64,000 nt of DNA, from NCBI GenBank assembly GCA_951406725.2, contig OX597818.1:46128001-46192000 (forward strand). Reading direction: 5' to 3'. The position numbers and the translations under genes are program-made. Source of the DNA: Octopus vulgaris. Taxonomy: Eukaryota. Below are positions 1 through 13,161 of the stretch, one piece after another (the first letter of the stretch is position 1; the number at the start of each line of letters is the position of its first letter). The notes under the pieces were generated by a model. That model had not been told where the DNA came from and made no database searches. It saw nothing but the letters and a program-made list of their open reading frames with translations.

Positions 1-720
1 GCTCGTGCATGAAATCAATCCAATGATACTTTATGTTAGTAAAGAAATCAAAGAAAAACAGATTTAACATCTCTTGAAGTTGGTCTGACTAATTCAACTC
101 CCAACAGCTAAATTAGTTCTTTACACTCTCTGGTATCATCTAAATAGAATAAACACTGTAAATGTGTTTGTACAAGTTGACTATTCACCATAATTGGTTT
201 CTATATGAAGTGAGAATAAAATTGAAAGAAAATATCATATATAATGGTGTGTGAACATTGGACAAGACTGTTTCTTTCTGCCGTCCTCCCACTCTGTCCA
301 TGTTAGCTTGAGGAGAGGGAAGTTATCAATGAATACCCTTCTCAGTCAACATTAACAACAACTCATTATGAGCTTCGTAACACTTCAGTTTTCTAATATT
401 TAAAGTAATTCTAAGTACCACATTTCTCAACAGCTTCCTCTTTTTCACTCTTATGCTTGTTATTTAATTTTTTTTACTATATTTCTATGATGCTCATTGC
501 GATGTTTTAAGGACATTATTATATTTTTTACTGATGAGGGGCAGTTGAGTGGTATAAATATAGAGCATAGACTAAATGTCTAACAATATTTAGTTCTGTC
601 CCTTTCCATTCATATTAAAATTCTAAGGCATTGACATTGCTCTTTATCCTCTTGGGACTGGTAAAATAAGTATAAGTTTCATTGGCTGTGATTCAAACAA
701 CTATAACTTTTGCTTGAATA

Positions 721-1316
721 TTAACCCTTTAGTATTCGCATTATTCTGCCAAAATTAATCCTTTTGCTAACCAACCACATAGTTCCGGGTTCAGTCCCAC
801 TGCGTGGCATCTTGGGCAAGTGTCTTCTGCTATAGCCTCGGGCCGACCAAAGCCTTCTTAGTGGATTTGGTAGACGGAAACTGAAAGAAGCCTGTCGTAT
901 ATATGTATATATATGTATGTATGTGTGTGTATATGTTTGTGTGTCTGTGTTTGTCCCTCTAGCATTGCTTGACAACCGATGCTGGTATGTTTACGTCCCC
1001 GTCACTTAGCAGTTCGGCAAAAGAGACCGATAGGATAAGTACTGGGCTTACAAAAGAATAAGTCCCAGGGTCGATTTGCTCGACTAAAGGCGGTGCTCCA
1101 GCATGGCCGCAGTCAAATGACTGAAACAAGTAAAAGAGTAATTGTTTTGAATTAATCATGCATTATCTTGTAGCTATGAGATTTTGATGAGGTAGCTGTT
1201 AATTTTTAAAACAATATTGTAGGGTTGGTGTGAGAGATCAGATCTGGCCAGTTCGACCATAAAACAGGCAGAACACTTTTGGCTGGATATGGCTGGTTTA
1301 AATGCTAAAGGATTAA
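721..1316. mobile_element. piggyBac-type MITE (family A), interrupted by a SINE
   Basis: Starts TTAA-CCCTTTAG and ends CTAAAGGA-TTAA. Internal sequence is shared with copies at 13969, 16151, 38478 and 41746/43880. SINE inserted at ~767-1140. Confidence 0.75.
767..1140 (+). mobile_element. tRNA-head composite SINE (head + internal TA/TG microsatellite + LINE-like tail), 5' truncated
   Basis: B-box-like GGTTCAGTCCC; body matches many copies in the window (e.g. 30788-31185); tail GGCGGTGCTCCAGCATGGCCGCAGTCAAATGACTGAAACAAGTAAAAGAGTA. Confidence 0.85.
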
Positions 1317-1368
1317 AATACTTCATTTACAGATGATCTCTTTATTTGGTTAAATCTGTTTAAATGAT

Positions 1369-1597
1369 TTAACCCTTTTGTTACCAACCTGGCTGAAACC
1401 GGCTCTGGCTCTTTAGTATAAATGTCTTGTTTCCATAAGTTTTGAATTCAAAATTTCCACCAAATCTTAGTCACAATTTATGTTCCTAACACTAGCTCAA
1501 TGATAACAATGTTATTTTACTAAATTCTTTCTTATATTTAAAATAATTGGAAGAAACACAGAGCATCTCAAAATAAATACAGTAACGAAAGGGTTAA
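1369..1597. mobile_element. piggyBac-type MITE (family B)
   Basis: TTAA-CCCTTTTGTTAC ... GTAACGAAAGGG-TTAA terminal inverted repeats; reverse-orientation copy at 11167-11390. Confidence 0.8.
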
Positions 1598-1982
1598 CTA
1601 CTTTAGACTGCTGACTACCCAGTGAGAGATCAAGTCATACTATTATTGGTGCAAGCATATCTCTGTGGTTAAGAAACTACAAAAAGAAAAAGAAAAACAT
1701 AAGACAAACATCAATACAATAAAGCAGTGAAACAGATAAATATTTATTTGAAGCTGAAGGAAAAAAAACAAATAAACACAACTTTACAAATCAAATCTCT
1801 TTGTTTCAGTCACTGATTCTTAAGCTGTCGTCCTCATTTAATGTCTCTTTTCCATGCTGATATGGGTTGGATGGCTTGACAAGAACTGGTAAGGTCAGGT
1901 GCTGCTCCAGGTTACAAATAGAAATGAAACAAGTTCTTACAAATATATGATCTTATGTTTTATGCATTTATTATCACTAGAG

Positions 1983-2040
1983 CAGTGCTACACAAAGCGG
2001 TGGTCAATGGACTGGCACCGGTTTGCAAGCCATCAGCAGG
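1983..2040 (+). mobile_element. hAT-type MITE terminal fragment
   Basis: CAGTGCTACACAAAGCGGTGGTC...AAGCCATCAGC resembles the left end of the element at 61460. Confidence 0.45.
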
Positions 2041-2534
2041 TTATTGTGCTGTCTGGCCTTCTTCAAGTACCTGTTGTATTCAGTAAAATTCTTGGAATTT
2101 TTAAATGAAGCTTTTATTAAATCCGTGGTGAGAGATTGTTCTCATTCATTGTCCATACCAGCAATATCCTCCTGGTTGTTATTTCCCTATTTGTGATATC
2201 ACTTGCCTGGTCTAATTGAACTAGTGTATATATTGTTTGACTTGCATATATATTGAATTCACTATCATCAGATAAATTGCTACACTTGATGCTTTATTAA
2301 CACATGTATTCATTATGCTAGTGTCCTGTAAGACAATTAGGGAATGGTAGTTTCAAATTTAAACCTAATTTTTTTTCTTTGTTTTATGGTTGTGGGTTTA
2401 ATGTTTGTTCTTAATGTAAAGTTCCCATTAGTAAAGTGGGGGGTAAAAATTTCCAGAAGGAAGAAGAGATAATAGACAACTAAAAGGGTAGTATTCATTC
2501 ATCTACCTTATGCATCTACAAATGCACATCCATG

Positions 2535-2568
<34 letters not shown>

Positions 2569-2914
2569 AATTGCTCAGATTTGAGGAAAATCAAGAAATG
2601 TATACAATACATACTTATGTATAAACCCCATCAATATAGAGGCCCACAATATAAGGTTGATGGACACAATGTGTTTCTCTCTCTCTCAAACTTTAAAAAG
2701 GAGTTTTTAACTCAGAATATTAGGACTAATGAAATATTGGTTTCAAATTTTGACACAGGGCCAGTAATTTTTGGAAGGGGATAAGTTGATTACATTGACT
2801 CCAGTTTTCAATTGGTACCTGTTCAATCAACACCTAAGGGATGAAAGGCAAAGTTAACCTCACCAGAATTTGAACTCAGAATGCAAAGACAAACAAATGC
2901 AGCTTAGCATTTTG

Positions 2915-2960
<46 letters not shown>

Positions 2961-3793
2961 GTATATGTGTGTGTGTATAGGTATTTATGTGTGTGTGTAT
3001 AGGTATTTATGTGGATGTAAGTTTATATGAATATATATTCATGTTAACCTTAAAGACATGTACATGTGTATAGTAATTACAGATTAATCAGTGATCAAAT
3101 GACTTAATTTCAAGTTTTCATTAATCAGCATCTGGTAATTACAGTAGCACACACTACTCTTCTTTATCCAACATAGCACAGTGTAAACATACCAGCTTAA
3201 TTTGTGCTCTTACGCATACTGCATTATGCTCTTGGTATTTATCAACTCCATCAACCATTGCTCCCCCTTTTCTGAATAAAGGCCTTCCTCTTATCCTTTT
3301 GTTTTGGTTTCCTGTTCTCCTGTTTTTGTATTAGTTTCAGTTTGTCATCATCATCACCATCATCACCACCACCACCACCATCATCATCATCATTTAATGT
3401 TGTTTTCCAGACTGGTTCCATAGTCTGTTTTTGGCTTGGTTTTTACAGCTGGATACCTTTTCTAATACCAACCACTTTACAGAGTGTACTGGGTGCTTTT
3501 TACATGGCACCAGTGCACCAGTACTTTTTACATGACATCAGCATGAAAACATTTTATGTGATATCAGCACCAGTCACCTTGACAATCCCATTGACCATTA
3601 CTCTGCCTTTGCTGATAAAGGCCTTCCACTTATCTTTTGGTTTCAGGTTCTTGTTCTCCAGTTTTTGCATTAGTTTCAGTTGTTATTGGGTATTTGCAAT
3701 GCATAAACTTGGTTGTTGCTCAGTAGTCTTTATTGTAAAGCTCCCCTCACTTATGATTGGTTCTTGGTTTGATTCCACTACTCCAACAGGAAC

Positions 3794-4600
3794 AGTCATT
3801 CAACCATTCATCGACACCTGCATGCCATCAGAAAAGTCAGCAAATTGGATCATTGGGTTCCTCTCAAACTTTCTAAGTCTAATTGCACAGAGAGAGTAAA
3901 TGTCTGCTCTTCTTTGTTACACATCTCACAAATCAACCTTTTTTGGACAGAATAGTGACTGGTGATGAGAAATGGGTTCTCTATGAAAATGTGAAGAGCT
4001 GAAGACAGTGGGTAGGGAAAGGAGAAACACCGGCACTCCAGGCTAAAGAAGGTATTCATCCATGTAAGGTGTTGTTATCTGTTTGGTGTGATATGAAAGG
4101 TTTAGTCCACTTTGAACATTTAAACCCAAACCAAACAATAACAAGGGTGATCTACTGTGAGCAGCTTGAATGGCTTAAGTCAGCACTAGAAGAAAAACGA
4201 CCATCTTTGGTTTCAAAACAAAAGGTGTTCTTTCAACAGGATAATGCTTGGCCACATACATCGAGGATGACATTCCAAAGGTTGGAGCAGTTTGAACGGG
4301 AAATGATGCCCCACCCACTATATTTGCCAGACATTGCCCCATCTGATTATCATTTATTCCGCAGTCTTCAAAATCATTTGGATGGAAAAAATATGAATTC
4401 TGTAGACGAGGTCAGAATAGTACTAGAGGAGTATTTTTTATGATGGACAAATGAATTTTGGAAGAGGGGCTTTGCAAGTCTAGATGGAAGAGCATTGTAG
4501 AAAATGAAAGAGAGTGTATTATGATTAAAAAATAACTTTTTTTATCTTAATTTTGAAAAATAAAGAAGTATAAAAAACTGTAATATGGGATGACCCAATA
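3794..4600 (+). mobile_element. mariner (DD34D-type) transposon relic, 5' truncated, transposase pseudogene
   Basis: Frameshifted translation gives WVPLKL (WVPHEL motif), VTGDEKWVLYEN, QQDNAWPH and LPDIAPSDYHLFRSLQNHL (YSPDLAPSD motif). Right end TATGGGATGACCCAATA followed by TA. Confidence 0.93.
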
Positions 4601-5999
4601 TATATTAAGCTCTAGTGTTGTTATGAGTGAACTCAGAATTGGAATAAGTACAAGTTATTTTATTCAAAGCTCTAATAATTCCACCACACCATCAATAAAT
4701 ATCCATTCACAGAAGATAATTCTATTAGCAATGTGGTTTATGGCTAGAATAAAATAAAGTCATTGATTCAAATTGCACCCGTTCTTTCATTTGGTAAGCA
4801 TAATCATTAGAGTGCAGCAGAATCAGTGAAGCATTGAATAATATGTTTGGCAATATTTAGTTACCTCTGTGTGTATGTTTTGAGTTCAAATCCTGTCTGG
4901 CCCACCTTGCCTTTTATCCTTCCAGAACTGATAAAATAAGTCACAGTTGAATACTGAAGTTGATATAATTGATGATGTTCTTCCTTGCCACACACACACA
5001 CACACACACGTGTGTGTGTGTGTGTGTGTGTACTCTAGGGAGTGAGAAGTTCAAAGGAGCTATATCCAGCCACTTGAAATAAAGAAATCAAAGATAAGTT
5101 CGAGAGTGAATTAACATTTAATCCATAATCATTAGTCCAACAAAATGTATTTTGTTGGACTAACAGTAATGGATTAAATGTGTGTGTGTGTGTATGTATG
5201 TATATATATAAATGTGAGTGTATGTATGTATGTATGTATGTATGTATGTATGTATGTATATATATATATATATAGGAAGATAACTATTATATGATGTATA
5301 GAAAAAGTGACTATTTCTCAACAAAGATATATGAAAATATGTTCAGGGGCTATATGAGTGGGGTTCTGTCTGTACATTGGTCTATGACACAGAGATCAAA
5401 AGATGGGGCCAGGAATATCTGAAAGGTACCTGCCCTAAACATTAAAAAAAAACCCCAAAAAAAAAACCAAAATGTTCACAGCCCCTTTGAATTTTGAAAG
5501 GACACTTTCATCCAAAATCATTACAGTGGCCCTGAAAGCAGGCTCTGAAGGGGCAATATTACATCCCTTTTATCGGAATCTATTAGAAATGATCATTGTT
5601 ATTTTGTATAGCAACTATATGTGAAAGTGGACACCACGCACACTCACACACACTGGTAGCCATCACATCGTCAATAAATGCGTTGCTTTTTTATTATTTT
5701 ATTTTATCATTCCCTGTTAATGAATGATTCATGGACAGCATTTTCCTGATATACGAATAAAGTTGCAAAGTCATTCCCCAATATATAAAAATTTTTGTCA
5801 TCGAACTGCCCATGTTATATCATTTGTTAGTATGGATAATTGATCGATGTAAAGATACTTGTAGTTGTGCCCTTTAAGAACTTTTTTTATTGGGGCGGGG
5901 GTTAGCGAAATTAAAACTGTATGTAGACTTAAAAAATACATACGAGCTATAATTTCACACAGCTAAAAAAAAATAAAATATTAACATAATAATAAGGAA

Positions 6000-7100
6000 A
6001 AAAAAAAGCAAAGTTGTTAAATCTCCGAGGCTTAGATTTTGACAATAAATATATTAAATTCACCCGGTTAATGATTTAATAGTAAGATGACTAAGATTAC
6101 GAATAGCCATGTGTTTTTACCGGAAGTCTTCGATCTTTCTCGATATACAGTCAAACATATCCACACTTGAAAATTGATCATAGGCACGAGACCATTGTGC
6201 CTGAATAGGAGTCAGTTTCTCTCACCCGTCTTGGACTTCCATGTGCTTATTTCCTTCTCGACTTAGCCTACTACTATTTCTCAAGCTGTCTGCTTGTCAT
6301 TCATGCTTCGTAGCTAGCTTGGGCAGTTTACTGTCACAAAATAATTTAACATTCTCGCAGACCTCCGTATATCTATCTGAGCAGAGTTCCTAGCTGCCTG
6401 CGTTTTCGCATCACTATCACTCGAGTAGTAGTAACATTTTAATTACGATATTCTCTCGGTTATACAAATTACTAAAGTCTAACTGACCCGCTGACCTTCT
6501 CACATTACTTTTTCTTGATTCCACTCAGTGATATTAAACAGCTGCAGAGTAAGTATTAATTGTTATTATCATAATTTCCATTATACATTTAACGATGTTT
6601 GTCTATTTTAGGCTGACTTTTCTTTTTAAATCGGAGATGAGTGCAAGTGTAAACTGAATCAGAAATGTAAACACTGATTTAACGTGCCGCATCTCTCTTC
6701 TGTTATCTTAATGATAATGAAATAATTAACATTCATGATTCATCTTTGTTTTAATTTTATATTTAAATTCGATATTGTGTTTTATGTCACTGATCTGAAA
6801 TAGAACGAAACCAAATTCATTTTTATTTCTCCTTTTTATTTTACAATCACCATTCATTCATTCTTGACGTGTCCGCGTCATCACTTTCTTTGATCTATCT
6901 TTGTTATTGCTGTTGTTTGTTCGCTGCAAAAATCTATATAAACCGAGACGTATACATCAACTGCTGTCATTTCTCATCACTATGCCATCGTTTTTTTTTT
7001 TTCCATTCCATTATATATCTGCGATTATTCTGTAATTTTATTGCGATTTCTATATTTTCAAATAATTGCCGCAAACTCTTACATAATTAGTATAAATCAG
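6000..7100 (+). promoter_or_regulatory. putative promoter and non-coding 5' exon region of a + strand host gene
   Basis: Repeat-free and visibly richer in CpG than the rest of the window. Donors GA|GTAAGT (6548/6549) and CAG|GTAAGA (7100/7101); candidate 63-nt intron 6549-6611 ending TTTTAG; inverted CRE half-sites TGACG/CGTCA at 6865-6880. Confidence 0.5.
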
Positions 7101-8025
7101 GTAAGAAACCTCCTGCTTTTAGAGGACTAGAATAATGGATTAGAGAAGGCACAAATAATATCGTTTCTGAAAGCCGACAGCGAAGTTATCATAGAATTCA
7201 GTTGAAGCAAAATCTGCACCGCGTGATTGTTTCAACATTATCATAGTCATTCATTTCCTTACTGACAGCACTCAGAGTTTCATTATAAATGAGCAACTTC
7301 AGTTACTCTTATGTATGGAACATAATTATTTTAACTAACAACAAATAGCAATGAGACATTTCATTAAAATATCATACATCCTTGAGTGATGATTATACCA
7401 GATTAACTTTTATAACAGAAACATTCCTTTTTGTGATCTGATTTATTTTGTTTGTATTTTAATGTACTAATCCTTTTATACTATGCTTTTCTGTGTAGAA
7501 CTACTTAGATTTATTCTTTCTCAATTCGCATAGAGTCTTAATTAGAATTTTCATGAACCCTTAATTAGAAACTGGTGGTATTTTTTTCCACTTAATTTCT
7601 ACCGTCTGTTTTCTCTATTTTAATCGCACGACACTATTCCAAATACCTCTCAATTTGTTTGAAAACCCTTTATCAGACAAAGGCCTTCTATCAAATATAT
7701 TACAGGGTCTTTCAAATTTAACATCTTTTGAAAAATAATGGTAATTAAGAAAATAAAGCGACAAAGAGGATAATATACATTAACATGAAATTAATAAAAC
7801 TAAGAAGCAAAATAAAAAAAAAATTAATTTAATTTGAGAACCTACAGTCATGCTTATATCCTCCCCACTTTCTCTATCCATCTATCTACTCACACAAACA
7901 TACCCATTTGCTTTATTTTATAAATTACTATTTTTCAAAATAGCTGTTTACTTTTGATCATTCCCACCCCATGTATGTGTGTATATACACACACTCACTC
8001 AATCTCTTTCTCTCTCTCTTTCTCA

Positions 8026-8069
<44 letters not shown>

Positions 8070-8353
8070 ATTTCTGTTTTCTTAGTTGACTAATTCATTC
8101 TAATTATATTCTAGACTTATATTGCAACCTATATTTTGGCTTTTTGCTGAAACCATAGTAATGAGATATAATTTAACATAAGAATTTCTTAGCAGTAGTG
8201 CAAAGCAAAAGTAATAAGTAAAAGGGCGAAAATTCTTTTATTAAAAAATGATCTTTTTAGAAAAAGTTAAGAGTTGAAGAAAGGAAATTCAGCATAGATT
8301 TCTCTAGTTTCAATCTGTTTGGCTCTTTGTAAACATGTCTTTAAAATGCTACA

Positions 8354-8356
<3 letters not shown>

Positions 8357-8399
<43 letters not shown>

Positions 8400-8808
8400 A
8401 TGATGATGATATATATATATGATGATGATGATGATATATATATATGATGATGATGATGATATATATATATGATGATGATGATGATATATATATATGATGA
8501 TGATGATGATAGATATATATATATATGATGATGATGATATATATATATGGTGATATATATATGATGATGATGATATATATATGATGATGATGATATATAT
8601 ATATATGATGATGATATATATATATATATGATGATGATATATATATATATATATGATGATGATATATATATATATGATGATGATATATATATATGATGAT
8701 GATGATGATATATATATATGATGATGATATATATATATGATGATGATGATGATATATATATATGATGATGATATATATATATATGATGATGATATATATA
8801 TATATATG
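8357..8808. repeat. compound (TA)n(TGA)n microsatellite array
   Basis: Alternating blocks of TA and TGA repeats, read directly. Confidence 0.95.
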
Positions 8809-8940
8809 AATGTATTGATTATACCGAATTCTGCTAAATATTTTATTAAAACCTAATAATGATGATAATGCTTATTTTTTTAATATGAAATAAAGTTTCA
8901 TATCTGTATGATGTGCTTTTGTAATTTTAAAATCTTGAAA

Positions 8941-9009
<69 letters not shown>

Positions 9010-9016
9010 CACACAC

Positions 9017-9142
9017 AGGCGTGGCTGTGTGGTAAGAATCATATGGTTCCGGGTTCAGTCCCACTGTGTGGCACCTTGGGAAAATGTCTTCTACTATAGC
9101 CTCAGGCATGGATTTGGTAGCTGGAAACTGGAAGAAGCCCAT

Positions 9143-9195
<53 letters not shown>

Positions 9196-9395
9196 GTGTA
9201 TCTGTGTTTGTACCCCTACCATCGCTTGGCAACCGATGCTGGTGTGTTTATATCCCTGTAACTTAGCAATTCAGCAGAAGAGACCAATACAATAAGTATT
9301 GGGCTTACAAAGAATAAGTCCTCAGATTGATTTGTTTGACTAAAGGCAGTGCTCTGGTAAGGCTGCAGTCAAATGACTAAAACAAATGACTAAAA
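9017..9395 (+). mobile_element. tRNA-head composite SINE
   Basis: A-box-like GTGGCTGTGTGGTAAG, B-box-like GGTTCAGTCCC; same body and tail as 30788-31185. Confidence 0.85.
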
Positions 9396-9410
9396 ATATA
9401 TATATATATG

Positions 9411-9489
9411 TTGGACGCAACACTATTGAATGGCGGTGCCCCAGCATGGCCATAGCTCGTGAGCTGAAACTAGATGAAAATGAAAATGA

Positions 9490-9492
<3 letters not shown>
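9411..9492 (+). mobile_element. 3' end fragment of CR1/L2-group LINE
   Basis: GCGGTGCCCCAGCATGGCCATAGCTCGTGAGCTGAAACTA is nearly identical to the LINE end at 50630-50668; followed by a short (TGAAAA)n tail. Confidence 0.65.
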
Positions 9493-9530
<38 letters not shown>

Positions 9531-9533
<3 letters not shown>

Positions 9534-9775
9534 GTAAATGTAATATGTGACAGTTATTCAATAGCCATGATAAAACTCTGAGTTTTGGATGCCGAGGTAG
9601 AAATCCATGCCACCATCTCTTCAGTTATCTGGCCATCGGAAAAATGCATCCGAAACTCGGAGTTTTATCATGGCTACCGAATAATTGTCACATATTACAT
9701 TTACAGATAAATTCCTCTATTTCCATAATATCGAGGTCTCTTTCATTCTTTTGTTGTCTTACCATTTTTATCAAT
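9531..9775 (-). mobile_element. Penelope-like terminal (pLTR) fragment with partial inverted duplication
   Basis: Inverted arms ~9531-9592 and ~9646-9708, embedded in (TA)n, containing a hammerhead motif. Related fragment at ~11084-11145. Confidence 0.6.
9564..9633 (-). ncRNA. type I hammerhead ribozyme motif (core G12 mutated to A in this copy)
   Basis: Minus strand GCCA-GATAA CTGAAGA GATG..CATC C aAAA CTC a GAG TT TTATC-a-TGGC: all three stems and the CUGANGA core are present. The inverted arm at 9646-9674 retains CCGAAACTCGGAG. Confidence 0.7.
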
Positions 9776-10056
9776 ATATATATATATAGGACGTGTAAAA
9801 TTAGGTATTAGGTATGCAGTTATAGAAAAAGTAAACATACAATACTCATTTTTATTAAAATATTAAAAGTTACGCTAAAAGTATTAATATATTAATGATA
9901 GATGTATTATAATTAATGACACTGAAAATATCAAAAATGAGGCTCACTTTTAATTTTTTTGATAAAAATAAATGAGTATTCTACATATACTCTTTTTTCA
10001 TAACTGTACACCTACTTTTGCACCACCCTGTGTTCACACACACACATATATATGCA

Positions 10057-10097
<41 letters not shown>

Positions 10098-10786
10098 GAT
10101 TGGAGCCTGGTGCAGGCATCTGGCTTGCCAGCATGGAAAGTGGACGTTAAAAGGCATGATGATGATGACGACAGAAAGAGAGCTGGTGTGTGTGTGTGTG
10201 TCTCATAATGCACATAGGCATAGAATTTGTAATATGTGTGTATTAGTAATTATATAATTGAATCCCTGTCTTAGTTCTGTGCTACTATCTAAGTGGATAC
10301 AAGCAATTCTTAGTAGATGTGAAACTGAAGTAGGATTGTGAGCATCCACTTGAATATTTCTGCGAATCTAGTGTATGGGATTTGATTATATAGAAAAATA
10401 TATAATCAAGGAACACTGTTTGTTTGATTATGTATTTCTATATTGGCACAAGCGTAGGTGTGTGGTAAGCAGTTTGCTTCCTAACAACATAGTTTCGTGT
10501 TCAGTTCCACTTCATGCCACCTTGGGTAGTATCTTCTACTATAGCTCAAGACAGACTACAGACTTCTTAAGTGGATTTGGTAGATGGAAACTGAAAGAAG
10601 CCCATCAGATGTGTATATAAGATCTAAAGTACACCGATTGAAGCTGCTTGGCAAAGATTGACCTTGAACTTTCCTGTGCATGCACTCTAAGTTTTAACGT
10701 TCTTTCTCACTTCTGCTGTTTACAGTAGTACTTGGAAGGAAGGTGTGTAGCATGTGATTGTCGCATTGATCATGACAGAGAAAGTT

Positions 10787-11000
10787 GTCATGGCGATACC
10801 TGCTCAGAGGCCTACGCAAAGTTGCAGAAAGTGTATGGAGAGGAGTGTATGAGTGGTTCAACGTTTCCAAGATGGTTGAAAAAATATCAGTATTGATGAA
10901 TGTTCTGGGAGTCCCGCAACCAGCAGAACTGAGAAAAACATCACAGATGTGAGTGCAATTGTGAGGGGAAATCATCAAATCACCATCCTTGAGTTATCAT
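10787..11000 (+). mobile_element. mariner transposase N-terminal (HTH) fragment
   Basis: Translates to GDTCSEAYAKLQKVYGEECMS../EWFxRFQDG*KNISIDECSGSPATSRTEKNITDVSAIVRGNHQITILELS, typical of mariner HTH regions. Confidence 0.8.
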
Positions 11001-11166
11001 CACTTTGCATACGCATCTGAGCAGGTATTGCCAAGCTTTTGGCAACATTTGATGCAGATTCTCTTCTCAACTTTCTAATATTATGGAAATAGAGGAATTT
11101 ATCTGTACATGTAATATGTGACAATTATTCGGTAGCCATGATAAGGCAGCCAATCCCCCGACTTTC

Positions 11167-11390
11167 TTAACCCTTTCATTACTGTATTTATTTTGAGAGG
11201 CTTCGTATTTCTTTCAATTACTTTAAATATAACTAAGAATTTAGTAAAATAACTTAGTTATCATTCAGCTGGTGTTAGGAACATAAATTGTGACTAAGGT
11301 TCGGTGGAAGATTTTAATTCAAAACTTACGAAAACAAGACATTTGTACTCAGAGCCAGAGCCAGTTTCCGCCGGGTTATGAAAGGGTTAT
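11167..11390. mobile_element. piggyBac-type MITE (family B)
   Basis: TTAA-CCCTTTC...GAAAGGG-TTAT; reverse-complement similarity to 1369-1597. Confidence 0.75.
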
Positions 11391-12249
11391 TATTCTCACG
11401 AAATGGTTAGATCATGTTATTTCTCACTTATTTATGTTATGAAACTCTAGATAATCAACCCATAACTTAGTCATTCACACCTCACACTTCTTGTAGTTGC
11501 TGTTCTACTCACCCAAATACATTTCACCTCATAATTTCTATGTTATAATACTCAGTAAGTCTAAATTCACTGTTCAGAACATCAACTTGATGCCCTTCAA
11601 ATCCCAACTACTTTATAAAATGTACTGGATAGCACCAGCATTTCTTCAGAAAGATTAATAAGTTCTCCATTGACACTATATTCACTTGCCATTCAATTTA
11701 CTGACTGCACTGGGTGCAGTTTCTTCTCTCTGAATTATTGACAGATTCATGTTGTTTATAACTTTTAAAAGAAAAATTTGGAAGGTGTGTGACTCAGATA
11801 GGTAGTAACTGTAGACTGATATTGTATGTAAGATAAATAGTCACTTATGTGTAGGTGTGGCTATGTTAGGTGCAGGCATAGTTGAGTGGTAAGTAGTTTG
11901 TTTCCTAATCACATGGTTTCTACTGCATAGCATCTTGGGCAAATATCTTCCACTATAGCCTTGGGGCTGATCAAAGCCTTGTGAGTGGATTATGTAGAGG
12001 GAAATGTGTGTGTGTGTGTCTTTGTATTTGTGTTTGTTCCTCACCACCTCTTGATAACTGGTGTTGATGTTTTTGATCATCGTTTAACGTCTGCTTTCCA
12101 TGCAGGCATGGGTAGTGTCTCGGCAAATGATAGAAGAAGTACCAGGCTTAAAAAGAATATGTATGGGGATCAATTCGTTTGACTTAGAGTTCTTTAATTT
12201 GGTGCCCCAGCACGGCTGCAGTCTAATGACTGAAACAAGTATAAAAGAT

Positions 12250-12505
12250 ATCACATGATCAACCAGGTTATCAGATGTTACACATTGCCGGTCACAATGC
12301 ATTTTTACATTGTTTTAGCCTTCAAATGACGCCACCCTCCTGGCTAGGCAATCAAGCCTACATTCCCCACTGATTGAAAGGGGGACAGGAGCAACATGAA
12401 ATGAAGTGTTTTGCTCAAGAACACAATGCACCGCCCAGTCAGGGAATCAAACCCATGATCTAATGATCAGGAGTGCAATAGTGTAACCATTAGGTCATAT
12501 GCCTT
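12250..12505 (-). mobile_element. tRNA-derived SINE (second family)
   Basis: Similar to 32062-32350; the minus strand has tRNA-like A/B boxes followed by TTGAGCAAAACACTTCATTTCA. Confidence 0.65.
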
Positions 12506-13121
12506 TACAAATAAAAGATATAAACGGTATAATTACATCACACAATATCTATCAACATCATTTTACTATTTATATCCTTTTACTTCTATAGGTGTGTTCA
12601 CAATGCAGTATCTTTTTAGATGTTTCATTTGTGCATGACCCCAACCACATTGCTTCCAACATTTTTATAGTTACTCAAACTAGATCTTAGATAATCCCAA
12701 ATCTACTACTATTATGTTTCTCCTTCTGTGAGTCAGCGACAAAAGAAACTTTGTGATTGTTTGATCTAATAGAAGCAGGAACTAAATATTCCTTATATCA
12801 CATCATACAATCGTGGAATAGAAAGGGTATACTGGATAATGTGGTTTACTAAAATAAAATGGGGAATGGTCACCATTGGAATACTTTTGGGCATAAGTCT
12901 GTTTGATCAGAGTATATCCATATCAACACAAATATTGTCTTTTCTGTTCATATTGGCCAAAATCTTTCACCTATTTGCAAGTTAACATAGTGAATTTAGT
13001 TTATTATACTCAATTTTTCTTCTCCGCACATAGATATAGAACATGTATAGAATAGTTACACAAACATGTCTGTTAAGTGTGCTATATTTAGTCAATACTG
13101 TCTTGCCCATGTAAGATAGTA

Positions 13122-13161
<40 letters not shown>

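Noticed and set aside
525-545. CTGATGAGGGG possible hammerhead core
   Set aside because: No matching stem II or GAAAC found downstream.
3342-3899. 185-aa ORF
   Set aside because: Chance read-through of (CAT/CAC)n, a retroelement tail fragment and out-of-frame mariner sequence.
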